Source: Octopus sinensis
Lineage: Eukaryota
NCBI RefSeq assembly: GCF_006345805.1
Contig: NC_043020.1
Location: 8,370,001-8,434,000 of the forward strand
Length of the DNA: 64,000 nucleotides
Reading direction: 5' to 3'
Part shown: positions 1 to 12,894 of the stretch, piece by piece
Layout: each line of letters opens with the position of its first letter
Numbering within the stretch: the stretch's first letter is position 1
The notes under the pieces: model-generated
The model's database searches: none
Seen by the model: the letters and a program-made list of their open reading frames with translations, nothing else
Told to the model about the DNA's origin: nothing
Position numbers and translations under genes: made by a program

Positions 1-646
1 CTTCCTCCTCCTTTTTCCTCTTCTCCCTCTGCTTTCTCTTCTTCCCCTTCCTCTTCTTCCTCCCTTTCCACTTCTTCCTCCTCTTCTCGTCTCCCTCTTT
101 TTTGTCTTCTTCCTCTTCCACCTCTGTCTCTTCTTTTTCTTCCTCTTCCTCCGCTTCCTTTTCTTCCCCTTCTTTTACTTCCTCTTCTTCCTCCCCTTCC
201 ACTTCTTCGTCCTCTTCCTCTTCTCCCTCTTTTTTGCCTCCCCTTCCACTTCTTCCTCTTTTTCCTCCTCTTTTCTCCCTCTTTTTTGCCTCCCTTCCTC
301 TTCTGCCTCCCCTTCCACTTCTTCCTCCTTCCTCTTTTTTGCCTTCTTCCTCTTCCCCATCCACTTCTGTCTCCTCTTCCTACTATTCTTTTTCTCTTTT
401 CCTCCCCTTCCTCCCCACACTTTTCCACAGTAAACAGTGTGTCTTAAAGTAGACTTAGCATAAATCAGAGTTTGTAACTGTCTGAGTTAAAAAGAACCGT
501 TGGATGGTAATAATGGCCAAAGATGATGCCAGCACGGAAAACAGACATTGCAGAAGGATGATAATGATCCTGGTAGGTATTGAACCTCTGACTGTATCCA
601 CTCTGAGAGACATTGATCAAATTATTTATTTACATATTTACTATAG

Positions 647-1026
647 ATGTGGCTGTGTGGTAAGAAGCTTGCTTCCCAACCACATAGTTGATGTTCAGTC
701 CTACTGAATGGCACCTTGGACAAGTGTCTTTCTTCTATAGCCTCAGGCCAACCAAAGTCTTTGTGAGTTGATTTGATAGATAGAAACCGAAAGAAGCCCA
801 CTGTACATGTGTGTTTGTTTGTCTGTGTTTTTTCCTCACCCACCGCTTGACAACTGGTGTTGGTGGGTTTACATCCCCATAACTGAGCAGTTCAGCAAAA
901 GTGACTGGTAAAATAAGCACCAGGTTAAAAAAAAAAGTACTGGGGGTCAATTCTTTCAATTAGAAATAATTCTTCAAGGCGGTGCCCCAGCATGGCCACA
1001 GTCCAATGACTGAGACAAGTAAAAGG
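647..1026 (+). mobile_element. tRNA-derived SINE family A (~400-470 bp), diverged copy
   Basis: Head GTGGCTGTGTGGTAAG with A/B-box-like motifs and tail tgactgagacaagtaaaa. About 20 copies of this family occur in the window. Confidence 0.8.
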
Positions 1027-1259
1027 TGAACAATATTTCATAAAGGTTCTTCATTTTTTTTTTTACATATGCATAGCTGTGTGGTTAGGAAGCTTGCTTC
1101 CCAGCCGTGTGGTTTTGGGTTCAATCCCATTACATGGCAAATATCTTCTTTAAGCCCCAGACCAACCATTTTGCTCTCTCATCCACATTTTCTTCCACTA
1201 TTCTTCTCTCTTTTTCATTTCCTTTATGTTCACCTTCCTGAATAATCTTCTTCGTCCAG

Positions 1260-1359
1260 CGGAACTGGCTGAATCCTTCCTCCACAGAGCCTGGCTCACT
1301 CCCACTGGTGCACGAGAAAAAGGAGCCACATTTAACAAATACATTCAGAAGATACTAAA
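1260..1359 (+). CDS. FANCD2: FANCD2 internal coding exon (ELAESFLHRAWLTPTGAREKGATFNKYIQKIL)
   Basis: Acceptor tcttcttcgtccag, donor gtaagt, 100 nt. Resembles human ASLARQFLCRVWPSGDKEK. The terminal AA joins A3765 in frame. Confidence 0.88.
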
Positions 1360-2151
1360 GTAAGTCCATAGCCAGCTTTTGTATTAAACTACCACCACAA
1401 CCACCACAACCATAAATGGTTATTCTACATTTCTCCATAAGGACCATAGTGCTAGTTTTCTGGTTTCTCTGGCATATCTATTCTCCCACTGGATGGGATG
1501 TCAGTCCATCGTAGGACTGGAACATGAAATGGTTTTGCTCAAGAACACAATGCGTTGCCCAGTCCAAGAATTGAAACCACTGTCATGAGTCTGCTTCTGT
1601 AACCTATTTCTTTATTACCCACAAGGGGCTAAACACAGAGGGGACAAACAAGGACAGACATAGGTATTAAGTCGATTACATCGACCCCAGTGCGTAACTG
1701 GTACTTAATTTATCGATCCCGAAAGGATGAAAGGCAAAGTCGACCTCGGCGGAATTTGAACTCACAACGTAACGGCAGACGAAATACCGTTAAGCATTTC
1801 GCCCGGCGTGCTAACGTTTCTGCCAGCTGCTGTAACCACTAAGCCATGCGTGTCCACACTGTTGCCAATACTAGCAAATGATTTGCAAAACGGCCCCTTA
1901 ACTGAGTGAAGTAGGGTTGTAGTATTGAGGGAAGTGGTTTTATGCCAGGGATTGGAAGGCTAAAGTATGACTGAAGGACAAAGAAAGGCATGTGGCTGTG
2001 TGGTAAGAAGCTTGCTTCCCAACTACATGGTTCCAGGTTCAGTCCCATTATGTGGCACCTCAGGCAAGTGTTTTCTACCATAGCTTCAGGCCAACCGAAG
2101 CCTTTTGAATGGATTTGGTAGGCAGAAACTGAAAAAAGCCCATTGTATATA

Positions 2152-3643
2152 CAGGGGTTGGACAAAATAATGGAAACACCTTAAAATTTCAAATAAATTT
2201 ATTTTAATATGGGGTAGGACCACCTTTGGCAGTAATTACAGCTTGAATTCTATAAGGCATGGACTCGTACAAAGTTTGAATTATTTCCAAAGGAATTTTT
2301 GTTCATTCTTCAGCAAAAACAGTCTCCAGTTCTTGTAGTGGTGATGGTGGAGGATATCGACTCCTTACTTGTTTTTCTAAAATGCACCATAAATGTTCAA
2401 TAATACCGAGATCTGGGAACTATGGTGGCCAGATAAGATGTTCAACTTCACTGGAATGTTCCTCTTACCATTCACTAACAACTTTAGCTGTGTGAATTGG
2501 TGCATTATCATCATGAAAGATTGTGTTTCTCTACGGAAACAGTTCCACAACCATAGGATGAATTTGATCAGATAAAATGATTAAATAGTCTTGACTATTA
2601 ATTCTACCATAAAGGGAAACCATTGGGCCAGTGGATTTCCAAGATATAGCACCACCACCCCACCCCTGGATCATCACAGATCCTCCTCCATGTTTAACAG
2701 TTGGAATAAGGCAGTCAAATGCTTCTTTTGGCTGTCTCCACATGTATACTTGGCTGGTGGTTCGCTTGGCAACAAGTGGGGGTTGGCGTCAGGAAGGGCA
2801 TCCGGCCGTAGAAAACTTGCCACACGCATAGCACTGCGCATATATGCATACATTTTTGTAAGCACGGGCATGGCTGTGTGGTTAAGGAGCTTGCTTCCTA
2901 ACTACATGGTTTCGGGTTCAGTCCCACTGCATGGCACTTTGGACAGGTGTCTTCCTCTATAGCCCCGAGTCAACCGAAGCTTTGTGATTGAATTTGGTAG
3001 GCGGAAGTTGCTACCGTGTGTGTATGTGTACGTATAGCTGTTCAGTGCCTCTCCGAAAGAGAGAGAGAGAGATGACTCGTCCAAGAAAATAAGTTCTTCC
3101 ACTGCTCTAGGGACCAATTCTGTTGGTTTTTACTCCACTCTAAACGTTTTGCAACGTTTCTTTTTGAAAGTAGTGGTTTTCTGACTGCAGCCCTCCCCCA
3201 CTGTGAAATCTGGCTTTGTGCACTTCCCAGCAAACAGTTTCTGTGGAAACTGGGTTCTTGAGGTGGTCGTTAAGCTCTGCAGTAATTTGGGGAGCCATAC
3301 TTTTGTGATCCTTTCTAACAATTCATGTAAGAGTCCCACAGTCCCTCATTCTCAAAGTCTGTCATTACTTTTGAGACAGTACTTCAAACATTTTGGCTGT
3401 TTTCGTTATGCTAGCACCTGCCATACGAGCACCAACAATTTGACCTCTTTGAAAGTCTGATAGATCTGTCATTTTAATGAATTTTAATTACCCTTTTCTG
3501 ATGATATCTAAAAAGAAACAGCAATTTTAGCAAAACATATTAAACAACACTAACAATAAATCAAAAAACAAAAAAATAAACTAGTTTTTTAGATATTTCA
3601 AAATTATGATGCTAGGTGTTTCCATTATTTTGTCCAACCCTTG
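2152..3643 (-). mobile_element. Defective Tc1-type (DD36E) transposon with 30-bp TIRs
   Basis: TIRs CAGGGGTTGGACAAAATAATGGAAACACCT (2152-2181) and its inverse at 3614-3643 (1 mismatch), with TA on the left. Minus-strand remnants: KPLLSKRNVAKRLEWSK, IFLDES, PTVKHGGGSVM, FHDDNAPIH, WPP*FPDLGIIEHLW. Contains stops and frameshifts, plus a nested repeat/SINE insertion at ~2750-3035. Confidence 0.92.
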
Positions 3644-3651
3644 TGTATATA

Positions 3652-3682
<31 letters not shown>

Positions 3683-3764
3683 ACACTGAAACAAGTAAAA
3701 GATATATTACATTCTCTCTCTCCCCCTCTCTCTTACTGCAACCTTCCCATTCCCCCTATTACAG

Positions 3765-3884
3765 ATGCTACCTCTCCTACTCTCCAAGTCCTTTGGATGC
3801 CATTGAGAAACTGTGTAGCGATGCCATTCCTCAACTGCTCAACGCTGATGACAACACATCAGAAATGTACCCCTCACTCACAAC
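3765..3884 (+). CDS. FANCD2: FANCD2 coding exon (CYLSYSPSPLDAIEKLCSDAIPQLLNADDNTSEMYPSLT)
   Basis: Acceptor cctattacag, donor gtaagt, 120 nt. Resembles human [41 protein letters not shown]. Confidence 0.93.
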
Positions 3885-4658
3885 GTAAGTACCATGTCTT
3901 GCTTTGTGTTTTGTTTTTCTAGTCATAATTGTATTTCTAGACATATGAGACACAGTTTTGTTTTTGTTTTGTTTTTTTTTTCAGAAAACCAGTCTCAAAA
4001 ATCCACCCCAGGCCTACGATGTTGGCCCTCCACTAAGCTTTAACCCTTTAGCATTCAGGTTACTCTGTCAAATGTAATCTTTAGTTATTCACATTGTTCT
4101 GAATTAATCATCCATTATCTCATGGCTTCGAGATTTTGATGATGCGAGTCCACAATGTTGATTGGTTGGTGTTAGGAAGGGCATCCAGCTGTAAAAACCT
4201 TGTCAAAACTGACCTCGCCTATGCTTGTGCCACGTAAAAAGCATTAAGTCCACTCTGCTGAGTGGTTGGTGTTAGAAAGGGCATCCAGCTGTAAAAATCC
4301 TGCGAATACAATCACAGAAGTCTGGTGCAGGATTCTACCTCTCTTGTCAAACTATTCCACCCATGCCGGCATGGAAGGCAGACATTAAATGATGATGATG
4401 ATGAATTTATTTTTAGAATGACATTGTAGGGTATGTGTGAGGGGTCAGATCGGGCCAATTTGAATATCAAGCAGGTAAAATATTTTGGCCAGGTATGACT
4501 GGTTTAAATGCCAGCCGTATGGCACTAAAAACTTTTTCCATAAATTTGTGCTTCTAAAATTCAGGTGCATCTAATATAGCTGCATGTCTTTTATTCCATC
4601 AAATATGGTACTGCGTTTCCAGGTATCAACTGTACCGTTTCCAGCTGCCCTTCCCATT

Positions 4659-6588
4659 ATTAACAGAGGTCAACCATATCATTTTTAAATGTCAACTCCG
4701 TCATTACCCAATGTCAACTCTGTCGTTACCAGATGTCAACTCTTTTATTTCCAGATATTAAGCCTTTGCATGTCCTCTGCAGTTAAGCCCATGTTTCACT
4801 GCCACGTAGCGTTGTTATGATGGCCTGTATACAAACAGCTCAGTAGAATGGGGTACCAACCACCCAGCCATAATCGCATGGCTGATATTCATTATATATT
4901 CAAGCTTCTATCTCTACCCTTGTTAGCGAAGCTGCATGGCTTAATGGTTCGGGTATTCGACTCACAGTCGTAAGGCCAGGAGTGTCCTTGAACAAGTTAC
5001 TTTATTTCACTTTATTGCTCCAGTTCACTCAGCTGGCAAAGTTGAGGTGTACCTGTAATTCAAAGGGGCCAGCCTTGTCAAATTCTGTGTCGTGCTGAAT
5101 CTCCCTGAGAACTGCATTAAGGGTACATATGTCTGTGGAGTACTCAGCCACTTGCACGTTAATTTCACAAGCAAGCTGTTCCATTGAATCAATCAAGTGG
5201 AACCTTCGTTGTCATGACCAGCAGAGTGCCATGGTTGCATGTATTATCATCATCATCATCATCAAATCTCTGTTGTCCATGCTGGCATGGGTTGGATGGT
5301 TTGACCAGGGCTGACATGTCGGAGGGCTGCACCAGACTCCAGTCTGATTTGGCATGGTTTTCTACAGCTTGATGCCCTTCCTAACGCCAACCATTCTGAG
5401 AATGATATGGGTGCTTTTACATGCCACTGGCACAGGTGCCATTTGCGTGACACCAGTATCTGCCACAACTGTGATTTTGTTCAGCTTCATGGTTCTTCTT
5501 CTAATGCCAAAGGGCTCAGTCATTGCCTCCGTGAGGCCCAACACTCAAAAGGAACTCAGCCACTTTGCCTCTGTGAGGCCCAATGCGCAAAAGGCATTCT
5601 TCACATGCCACCAGCATGGGTGCCAGTTACCGCGACTATGATTTCACTTGGCTTGTCGGGTCCTCTCAAGCATAGCACATCGCCATGTATGTAAGAATGA
5701 ATGAATGAAAGGGGCGCATGGCTAAATGGTTAAAGTACCCAGCTCGTAATTGTAATTTGAAATTCAAAGGGACTGGAAGGGATTTTGTGTGTGTGTGTGT
5801 ATGTATTTTCTTGCTAAAACAGAACCTATCAAATATTTGCAGTCCTTTCTTTGGCTCTCCTCATTGATACACTGACTGGACCCTTACAAACTCCGAGTAT
5901 TAAATCCCCTAAACTATCCTGGTTTCCTTTGCCGGCTAACATACACTTACTTCAGCCAATAGGGTAAAGTCTCTGCTTTGCTGATGAGGTCATAATAAAA
6001 CCAAAACATGCCCATCCACTATTCCTGGAGGGGGGGGGTAGAGTCCTCAGGCCTTTCTTCCATGGAGTCCTGTCAGAAGGTAAAAAGTAAAGTTGTCTTC
6101 TTGAGTCATACTGACTCATAAGGTCCAGTTTCCTGGTTTCCATGGCGACTGTATTCCTCACCTGGATGGGACGCCAGTCCTTCACAGGGTCACTCACTTT
6201 TGCCAGCTGAGTGGGTGGAGCAACGTGAGATGAAGTGTTTTGCTCAAGAACGCAATGCGTTGCCCCGTCCTGAAATTAAAACCACAATCTTACACTTGTA
6301 AGTCTGACACCCCAACCACTAAACCTCACAAACATGACCGGCATTATCTCCTGTAATTTCATTTGTTTTACACCTGTCTTTCCATTAACAGAGGTCAACC
6401 ATATCATTTTTAAACGTCAACTCCGTCATTACTCGATGTCAACTCTGTCGTTACCAGATGTCAACTCCGGTATTATTGGATGTCAACTCTTTTATTTCCA
6501 GATAATTAAGCCTTTGCATGTCCTCTGCAGTTAAGCCCATGTTTCACTGCCATGTAGCGTTGTTATGATGGCCTGTATACAAACAGCT
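4659..6588 (+). repeat. Dispersed direct repeat, 4659-4840 and 6384-6588, with internal atgtcaactc subrepeats
   Basis: Near-identical blocks. The second has one extra ~23-bp subunit. Confidence 0.85.
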
Positions 6589-8103
6589 GTGCTACATGGC
6601 AGTGAAAGAAATGAAACCAGCATGCTCTGTTGGACGAACATTGTCAGTGTGCACATATGAATGAGTGTGTCTTGCATGGGTTAGACAAATACTTATTCTT
6701 CAGGCATAAATGTGCTTCCTGTCGTTAACACATATTTTATCTCATTTGCCTTCAAAAACTACAAAATTAATTTGTTTCTAAGGAATGTCATCAAAGCATC
6801 ACTGTTTAAAAAATTCATTCTCTCTTTTTTCTCTCTCACCCCCCCCCCCCCCATTTTATTGCTCAAATAATGAAATTTATTAGTCACAGGGCCAAGTGGA
6901 TTTCCCACTCTGCCTAATTGTCTTGTTATTGTTTTTCTTCTATGTTTCCTACATTAAATAAACAAAAACTTAATTGCTGCTCATCATCATCATCATCATC
7001 ATCATTTTACATCCTCTTTCTATGTTGTGGTATGGATTGGTTGAACAGAACACTAATGCAGTTTTTTTTTTTTTATTTTTCCGGATTCCTGCATTTTAAA
7101 TTATGAATATGAAAAAAAAAATATTTTTTTAATTGGTGGGTGTGGGGCAAAAAAAATTTGGGGCTTATTCATAACCTAAAATCCAGAAAAACTTTTTCAA
7201 AAAACTGCATTTTTCAAGGAGAGGTGACAAACTGCATTAGCCCCTTGAACAGGTCATCACTGCCCATCTCAGTATTTTTGGGGAAGTTACTGCTCTTTTA
7301 GATGAGTTAGAGACCCACATCTCACTCATGAGTTTCATCTTTGGGTTCATTTCTATGTCTGGGTGCCCTTCTTCATGACGACCACTTTACAGAATGTATT
7401 GGCTGCATTTTATCATGGCACCAACATTAGAGAGGTCGTCTTAGCCCCAGCAAAGCAAAAGAGTCCTCTCTACCCTATATTGTCTCTGTTCATTCACCAA
7501 TGGCTGTATCATCATCATTTAGAATCCCTTTTCCATGATGGCATAGGTTGGATAGTCTGACAGGAGCTGGCAAGCCAGAGAACCACCCCAGGCCCCATTT
7601 GTCTGTTTTGGCATGGTTTCTATGGCTGGATACTCTTCCTAATGCCAACCACTTTACAGAGTGTACTGGGTGCTTTACACATGGCGCCAGCATGAGTTTC
7701 CATAGTGTGGCACTGGCACAGCACAGATGTCTGTCTGTGGTGTGTATCAGCATCATTTTGACATCCACTTTCCTTTCCGGCAGAATCTGTTCTGGTAGAC
7801 TTTGTGTTGCTGGGATGTTCTTCCTGGCACCAACCTTCAACTGCTTTCAAATAGGGTAACGTTTCCACAAGGCTAGACATGTTTTTCACAGGAAACTAGA
7901 AACAAACATTGCTTGTTTACATCTATCATGAGATCTCAAGACAAGGGGACCCACTCTGGCCCCCCCACCACCACCACATTCAGACAGTCTGATGAAAGCA
8001 AGAAGGTCAAAGCTTCGAAGTCACTGTCACCTCATTTCTTATACTAGTTAAATAAAATATATATTTACATGCACCCACATATACACACACATGCATATAT
8101 ACG

Positions 8104-8302
8104 CTTTTACTTGTTTCAGTCATTTGACTGTGGCCATGGTGGAGCACTCCCTTTAGTCAAGCAAATCAACCCAAGGACTTATTCTTTGTACGCCTAATAC
8201 TTTTTCTATTGGTCTCTTTTGCCGAACCGCTAAGTTACAGGGATGTAAACACACCAGCATCGGTTGTCAAGTGATGTAGGGGGGACAAACACAGATACAC
8301 AC

Positions 8303-8339
<37 letters not shown>

Positions 8340-8499
8340 CACGATGGGCTTCTTTCAGTTTCCATCTACCAAATCTACTGACAAGGTTTTGATCAGCCTG
8401 AGGCTATAGTAGAAGACACTTGCCCAAGGTGCCAAGCAGTGGGACTGAACCCGGAACCATGTGGTTCGTAAGCAAGCTACTTACCACACAGCCACTCCT
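8104..8499 (-). mobile_element. SINE family A copy
   Basis: Reverse of the consensus, cttttacttgtttcagtcatttgac...ccacacagccactcct, with an internal (TA)n. Confidence 0.88.
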
Positions 8500-8784
8500 A
8501 TGATGGGCTTCTTTCAGTTTCCAGCCACCAAACGCACTCCCAAGGCTTTGGTCAGCCCAAGGCTAAGCTATAATAGATGATGAGGAATATTATGATGATG
8601 ATGGTGAAGATGATATTATGTGGTGCGGTGCAGGCTTCTGCCTGGTCAGCTCCTGTCAAACTGTCCCACCTGTGCCAGCATGGAAGGCAGACGTTAAACG
8701 ATGATGATGATAACTGATGATGATGATAACTGATGATGATGATGATACATGTACCAAATATCATATTGTTATTTCTGATTGCAG

Positions 8785-8878
8785 CTCTTCCTTCTCCATG
8801 TTTTACCGTGTGCTTTTCAACCAGTTGGTAATTACTGTTAAGAAGTTATTGACGGGAAAGAAAATGGAATCTCTTGAA
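8785..8878 (+). CDS. FANCD2: FANCD2 coding exon (SSFSMFYRVLFNQLVITVKKLLTGKKMESLE)
   Basis: Acceptor tttctgattgcag, donor gtaagt, 94 nt, phase-compatible with the previous exon. Resembles human [20 protein letters not shown]. Confidence 0.93.
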
Positions 8879-9280
8879 GTAAGTCTTAATATTTCTTCTC
8901 CTCAAGGCATTGAGCTGGCAGAACTTTCGGCAAAGTTCTGCCAGGCAAAATGCTTAGCAGCATATCATTTGTCTTTATGTTCTGAGTTCAAATTCAACCA
9001 AGATCCACTTTGTCTTTCACCCTGTCAGGGTTGACAAAAAACGGTACCAGTTGGACACTGGGGTTGATGCAATTAACTTAGACCCTCCCCGAAACCTGTT
9101 GGCCATGGGGCCAAAATTTTAAACCAGTATTTCTCTTCCTCCTCTCTTGAAATGGGTTTGAGAAAGAACACAAAAATTTGGAGTTAATATTTCGTTAAGC
9201 AAAAAGCAGAACCATTAGCATGCCAGGCAAAATGCTTAGCAGCATCTCATCTGTCTTTAGATGTTCTGAGTTCAAGTCCT

Positions 9281-9548
9281 GCCAAGGGTGGCTTTGCCTT
9301 TCATCCTTTCAGGGGTCAATAAAATAAGTACCAGTTGAATGCTGGGGGCCAAGGGTGGCTTTGCTTTTCATCCTTTCAGGGGTCAATAAAATAAGTACCA
9401 GTTGAATGATGGGGGCCAAGGGTGGCTTTGCCTTTCATCCTTTCAGGGGTCAATAAAATAAGTACCAGTTGAATGCTGGGGGCCAAGGGTGGCTTTGCCT
9501 TTCATCCTTTCAGGGGTCAATAAAATAGGTACCAGTTGAATGCTGAGG
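9281..9548 (+). repeat. 4 x 67-bp tandem repeat inside a SINE B copy
   Basis: Units start at 9281, 9348, 9415 and 9482 (gccaagggtggctttgcc...). Confidence 0.93.
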
Positions 9549-9999
9549 GCAGGGGGGGGCTCGATGTAATTGACTTACCCCCTCCTCTAAAATTGCTGGC
9601 CTTGTGCCAAAATTTGAAACCAATATGCAGTGAGCTGGCAGAATCATTAGAATGCCAGGCAAAATGCTAGGCAACATTTTGTCCGTCTTTAAATTCTGTT
9701 GAGGTCAGCTTTGCCTTTCATCGTTTTGAGATCAATTAAATAAGTACCAGTTGTGTAATGTGGCTGTTGTAATTGACTTCTCATCCCGAAACATTGCTGG
9801 CCCTGTGCGAAAATTTGAAATTGGTATTTTGTTAAGCATGTCATTCAGAAGGCCCCCACAAACTGTGGTTTTTCTATGAATGATTTATTGTATTTAATTA
9901 TAGTAGGATGGTGTTGTGTTTATTAGCCACCCACTCGTTAAATTAGCAACTGGAACTTCCTTCCTTCCTTCTGGCCTCATATTACATAGAATTCCTTTA

Positions 10000-11277
10000 G
10001 AAATGGTGGGGAAGGGGGTTTTCAATTGTAGAAAGGGAGTGGATTTGTTATAAAGAAGGTGCTTCTTTAACACTTGTTAAAGTGAATGGAACTTTGGCCA
10101 GAAGGAACTGATGTCAGACGGTATCCAACATTCATCGGGTGTTTCAACCCTGAACCATAATTCTCTCCCATTGATGGATCAGCAAATGTGGCCAAATCAC
10201 TGCTCATCATTTCCTCCTGGCTTCCAGCTCAACTCCCCTCTCTCTATCTGTATATATATATATCATCATCATCATCGTTTAGCATCCGCTTTCCATGCTA
10301 GCATGGGTTGGACGGTTCAACTGGGGTCTGGGAAGCCAGAAGGCTGCACCAGGCCCAGTCTGATCTGGCAATGTTTCTACAGCTGGATGCCCTTCCTAAC
10401 GCCAACCACTCCATGAGTGTAGTGGGTGCTTTTTACATACCACTGGCACAGGTGCCAGACGAGGCTGGCAATGGCCACGAACGGATGGTGCTTTTTACGT
10501 GCCATATATATATATATATGTGTGTGTGTGTGTATGTGTGTTCTTGGAGTGGTTGGAATTAGGAAGGGCATCCAGCTGTAGAAACCGTGCAAAATCAGAT
10601 TGAAACCTAGTGCAACTCCCCAGCTTTCAGTCAAACCGTCCAACTCATGCCAGCATGGAAAACCCATTAAATGATGATGATGCTGATATATATGTTTGTA
10701 TGTATATTATTATTAACTCTTAGATGCTCCTTATCTACTCACCTGAGTGAGTAGAGTTTTGACCAGGAGGAATTGATGTCACCAGACCAGTATCCAATGA
10801 TGACAAGGAGTTTCAATCCTGAACCGTAACACCCTCCCATTAAAGGGTCAGCAGTGGTGGCCACCTCACTGCTCATCATCTCCTCCTGGTTTCCATCTCA
10901 ACTCCTCTCACCTGTTCCATAAGCAAGGGGTTCTTTCTGCTGCTTCTCCCACCCCGCTCACAGACATCTTTCACTCTTTTTCCTCTCATTCCAATGTCTG
11001 TAAGCATCCTCCTTCATACTGACTAGGCCAGGGGTTCCCTACAGCCAACCTCAACTGGAGAAAGCCATGACTGCCATCCTTTCTCTCTGCAATCCGGTGG
11101 GATTGAAATGGTGGGGAAAGGGGTTTTCAATTGTAGAAAGGGAGTGGATTTGTTATTGAGAACTCCAAGAAGGCGCTTCTTTAACACTCGTCAAAGTGAA
11201 TGGAGCTTTGGCCAGAAGGAACTGATGTCAGACGGTATCCAACATTCATCGGGTGTTTCAACCCTGAACCATAATTT
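10000..11277 (+). repeat. Direct repeat ~165 bp at 10000-10162 and 11105-11277
   Basis: gaaatggtgggga...accctgaaccataatt occurs twice. A more diverged relative lies at ~10750-10910. Confidence 0.8.
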
Positions 11278-11780
11278 AAAGAAAAGGGGCAATATTTAAA
11301 TTTAAAGATACACTATGTCAAGCTAATGACTAAAGTCTAAAAATAAGGTGGGAGTAAGTGTACAGATTAAAGGAGTGAGGCTGGCTGGGTGGTTGGTTTA
11401 GGGAGTCCAGCCAATTCCTTTAATCTCAAACCATTGTTCCTGTTCTTTATTTGTTGAGGAAACCAAAACAAAAAGTGATGGATGTCATCATCATCGTCCG
11501 CTTTCTATGCTGGCATGGGTTGGACGGTTCAACTGGGGTCTGGGAAGCCAGAAGGCTGTGCCAGGCCCAGTCTAATCTGGCAGTGTTTCTACAGCTGGAT
11601 GCTCTTCCTAACGCCAACCACTCCGTGAGTGTAGTGGGTGCTTTTTACGTGCCACCTGCACAGGTGCCAGACGAGGCTGGCAAACGGCCACGATCGGATG
11701 GTGCTTTTTACATGCCACCGGCACAAGGGCCAGATGAGGCTGGAGGAAGGAAATATATTTTTAGTTTTGTTCTATTTTAA

Positions 11781-12001
11781 CCCTTTCGATACCAACCCAG
11801 CTAAAACCAGCACTGGGTCTGAGTAAAAATGTCTTGTTTACACAAGTTCTGAATTAAAGTCTTCCACCAAACCTTAGTCACAATTTATGTTCCTAACACT
11901 AGCTTAATGATAACTAAGTTATTTTATTAAGTTCTTTGTTATATTTAAAATTAATTGAAAGAAACACAGAGCATCTCAACAGAAATATGGTAACAAAAGG
12001 G
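11781..12001. mobile_element. piggyBac-type MITE, copy 1
   Basis: TTAA|CCCTTTCGATACCA ... TGGTAACAAAAGGG|TTAA, 221 bp. Confidence 0.85.
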
Positions 12002-12125
12002 TTAATCTTTTTCGCTCTGTAGAATTTCCACAGGTCCCATTAGTATTGATGTTGAAGATATGAAGGGTGAAGATGACCTCAACAGCAATAAACTCATTCT
12101 TCCATTCTTAAATAGTTTCTCTTAA

Positions 12126-12342
12126 CCCTTCCGTTACCAACCCAGCTGAAACCAGCTCTGGCTCTGTAGTACAAATGCCTTGTTTTCGAAAGTTTTGAAT
12201 TAAAATCTTCCACCAAACCTTAGTCACAATTCATGTTCCTAACACTAGCTTAATGATAACCAAGTTATTTTACTAAATTCTTTGTGATATTTAAAATTAA
12301 TTGAAAGAAACACAGAACATCGCACCATAAATAATGAAAGGG
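12126..12342. mobile_element. piggyBac-type MITE, copy 2
   Basis: TTAA|CCCTTCCGTTACCA ... GAAAGGG|TTAA, 217 bp, same family as copy 1. Confidence 0.82.
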
Positions 12343-12352
12343 TTAAAGGTAT

Positions 12353-12749
12353 CTCTTTTCTCTTTTACTCGTTTCAGTCATTTGACTGTGGCCATGCTGG
12401 AGCACCGCCTTCTAGTCGAGCAAATTAACCCCAGGACCTATTAAGCCTAGTACTTATTCTATCGTTCTCTTTTGCCGAACCGCTAAGTGACGGGGACGTA
12501 AACACCAGCATCGGTTGTCAAGCAATGCTAGGGGAACAAACACAGACACACAAACACACGCACACATACATATATATACATATATACGACAGGCTTCTTT
12601 CAGTTTCCGTCTACCAAATCCACTCACAAGGCTTTGGTCGGCCCGGGGCTATAGCAGAAGACGCTTGCCCAAGATGCCACGCAGTGGGACGGAACCCGGA
12701 ACCATGTGGTTGGTTAGCAAGCTACTTACCACACAGCCACTCCTGCGCC
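12353..12749 (-). mobile_element. SINE family A copy, ~75 bp upstream of exon 12823
   Basis: Full-length match ending ccacacagccactcctgcgcc. Confidence 0.9.
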
Positions 12750-12822
12750 TATGTTTGTTTTATATTTATATATATTTTGCTTTTGTATATTTATTTTTGT
12801 TTTGTTGTTATTTTTATTTTAG

Positions 12823-12894
12823 GCAAAAAATGACAAAATTCTTCAATGGAATTTAGCAGTCCGGATATTTCAGATTTTAACGACACTCATTAAG
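12823..12894 (+). CDS. FANCD2: FANCD2 coding exon (AKNDKILQWNLAVRIFQILTTLIK)
   Basis: Acceptor tttttattttag, donor gtaatt, 72 nt, phase 0/0. Resembles human [24 protein letters not shown]. Confidence 0.93.

Noticed and set aside
1-420. Ser/Pro-rich and Lys/Glu-rich ORFs at the window start
   Set aside because: They are translations of a CT-rich simple-sequence tract in a FANCD2 intron.
5951-6069. Antisense exon-like segment with a strong acceptor (ttactttttaccttctgacag) and donor (gtaagtgt)
   Set aside because: All three frames contain a stop, the polypyrimidine tract is a SINE tail, and I see no partner exon.
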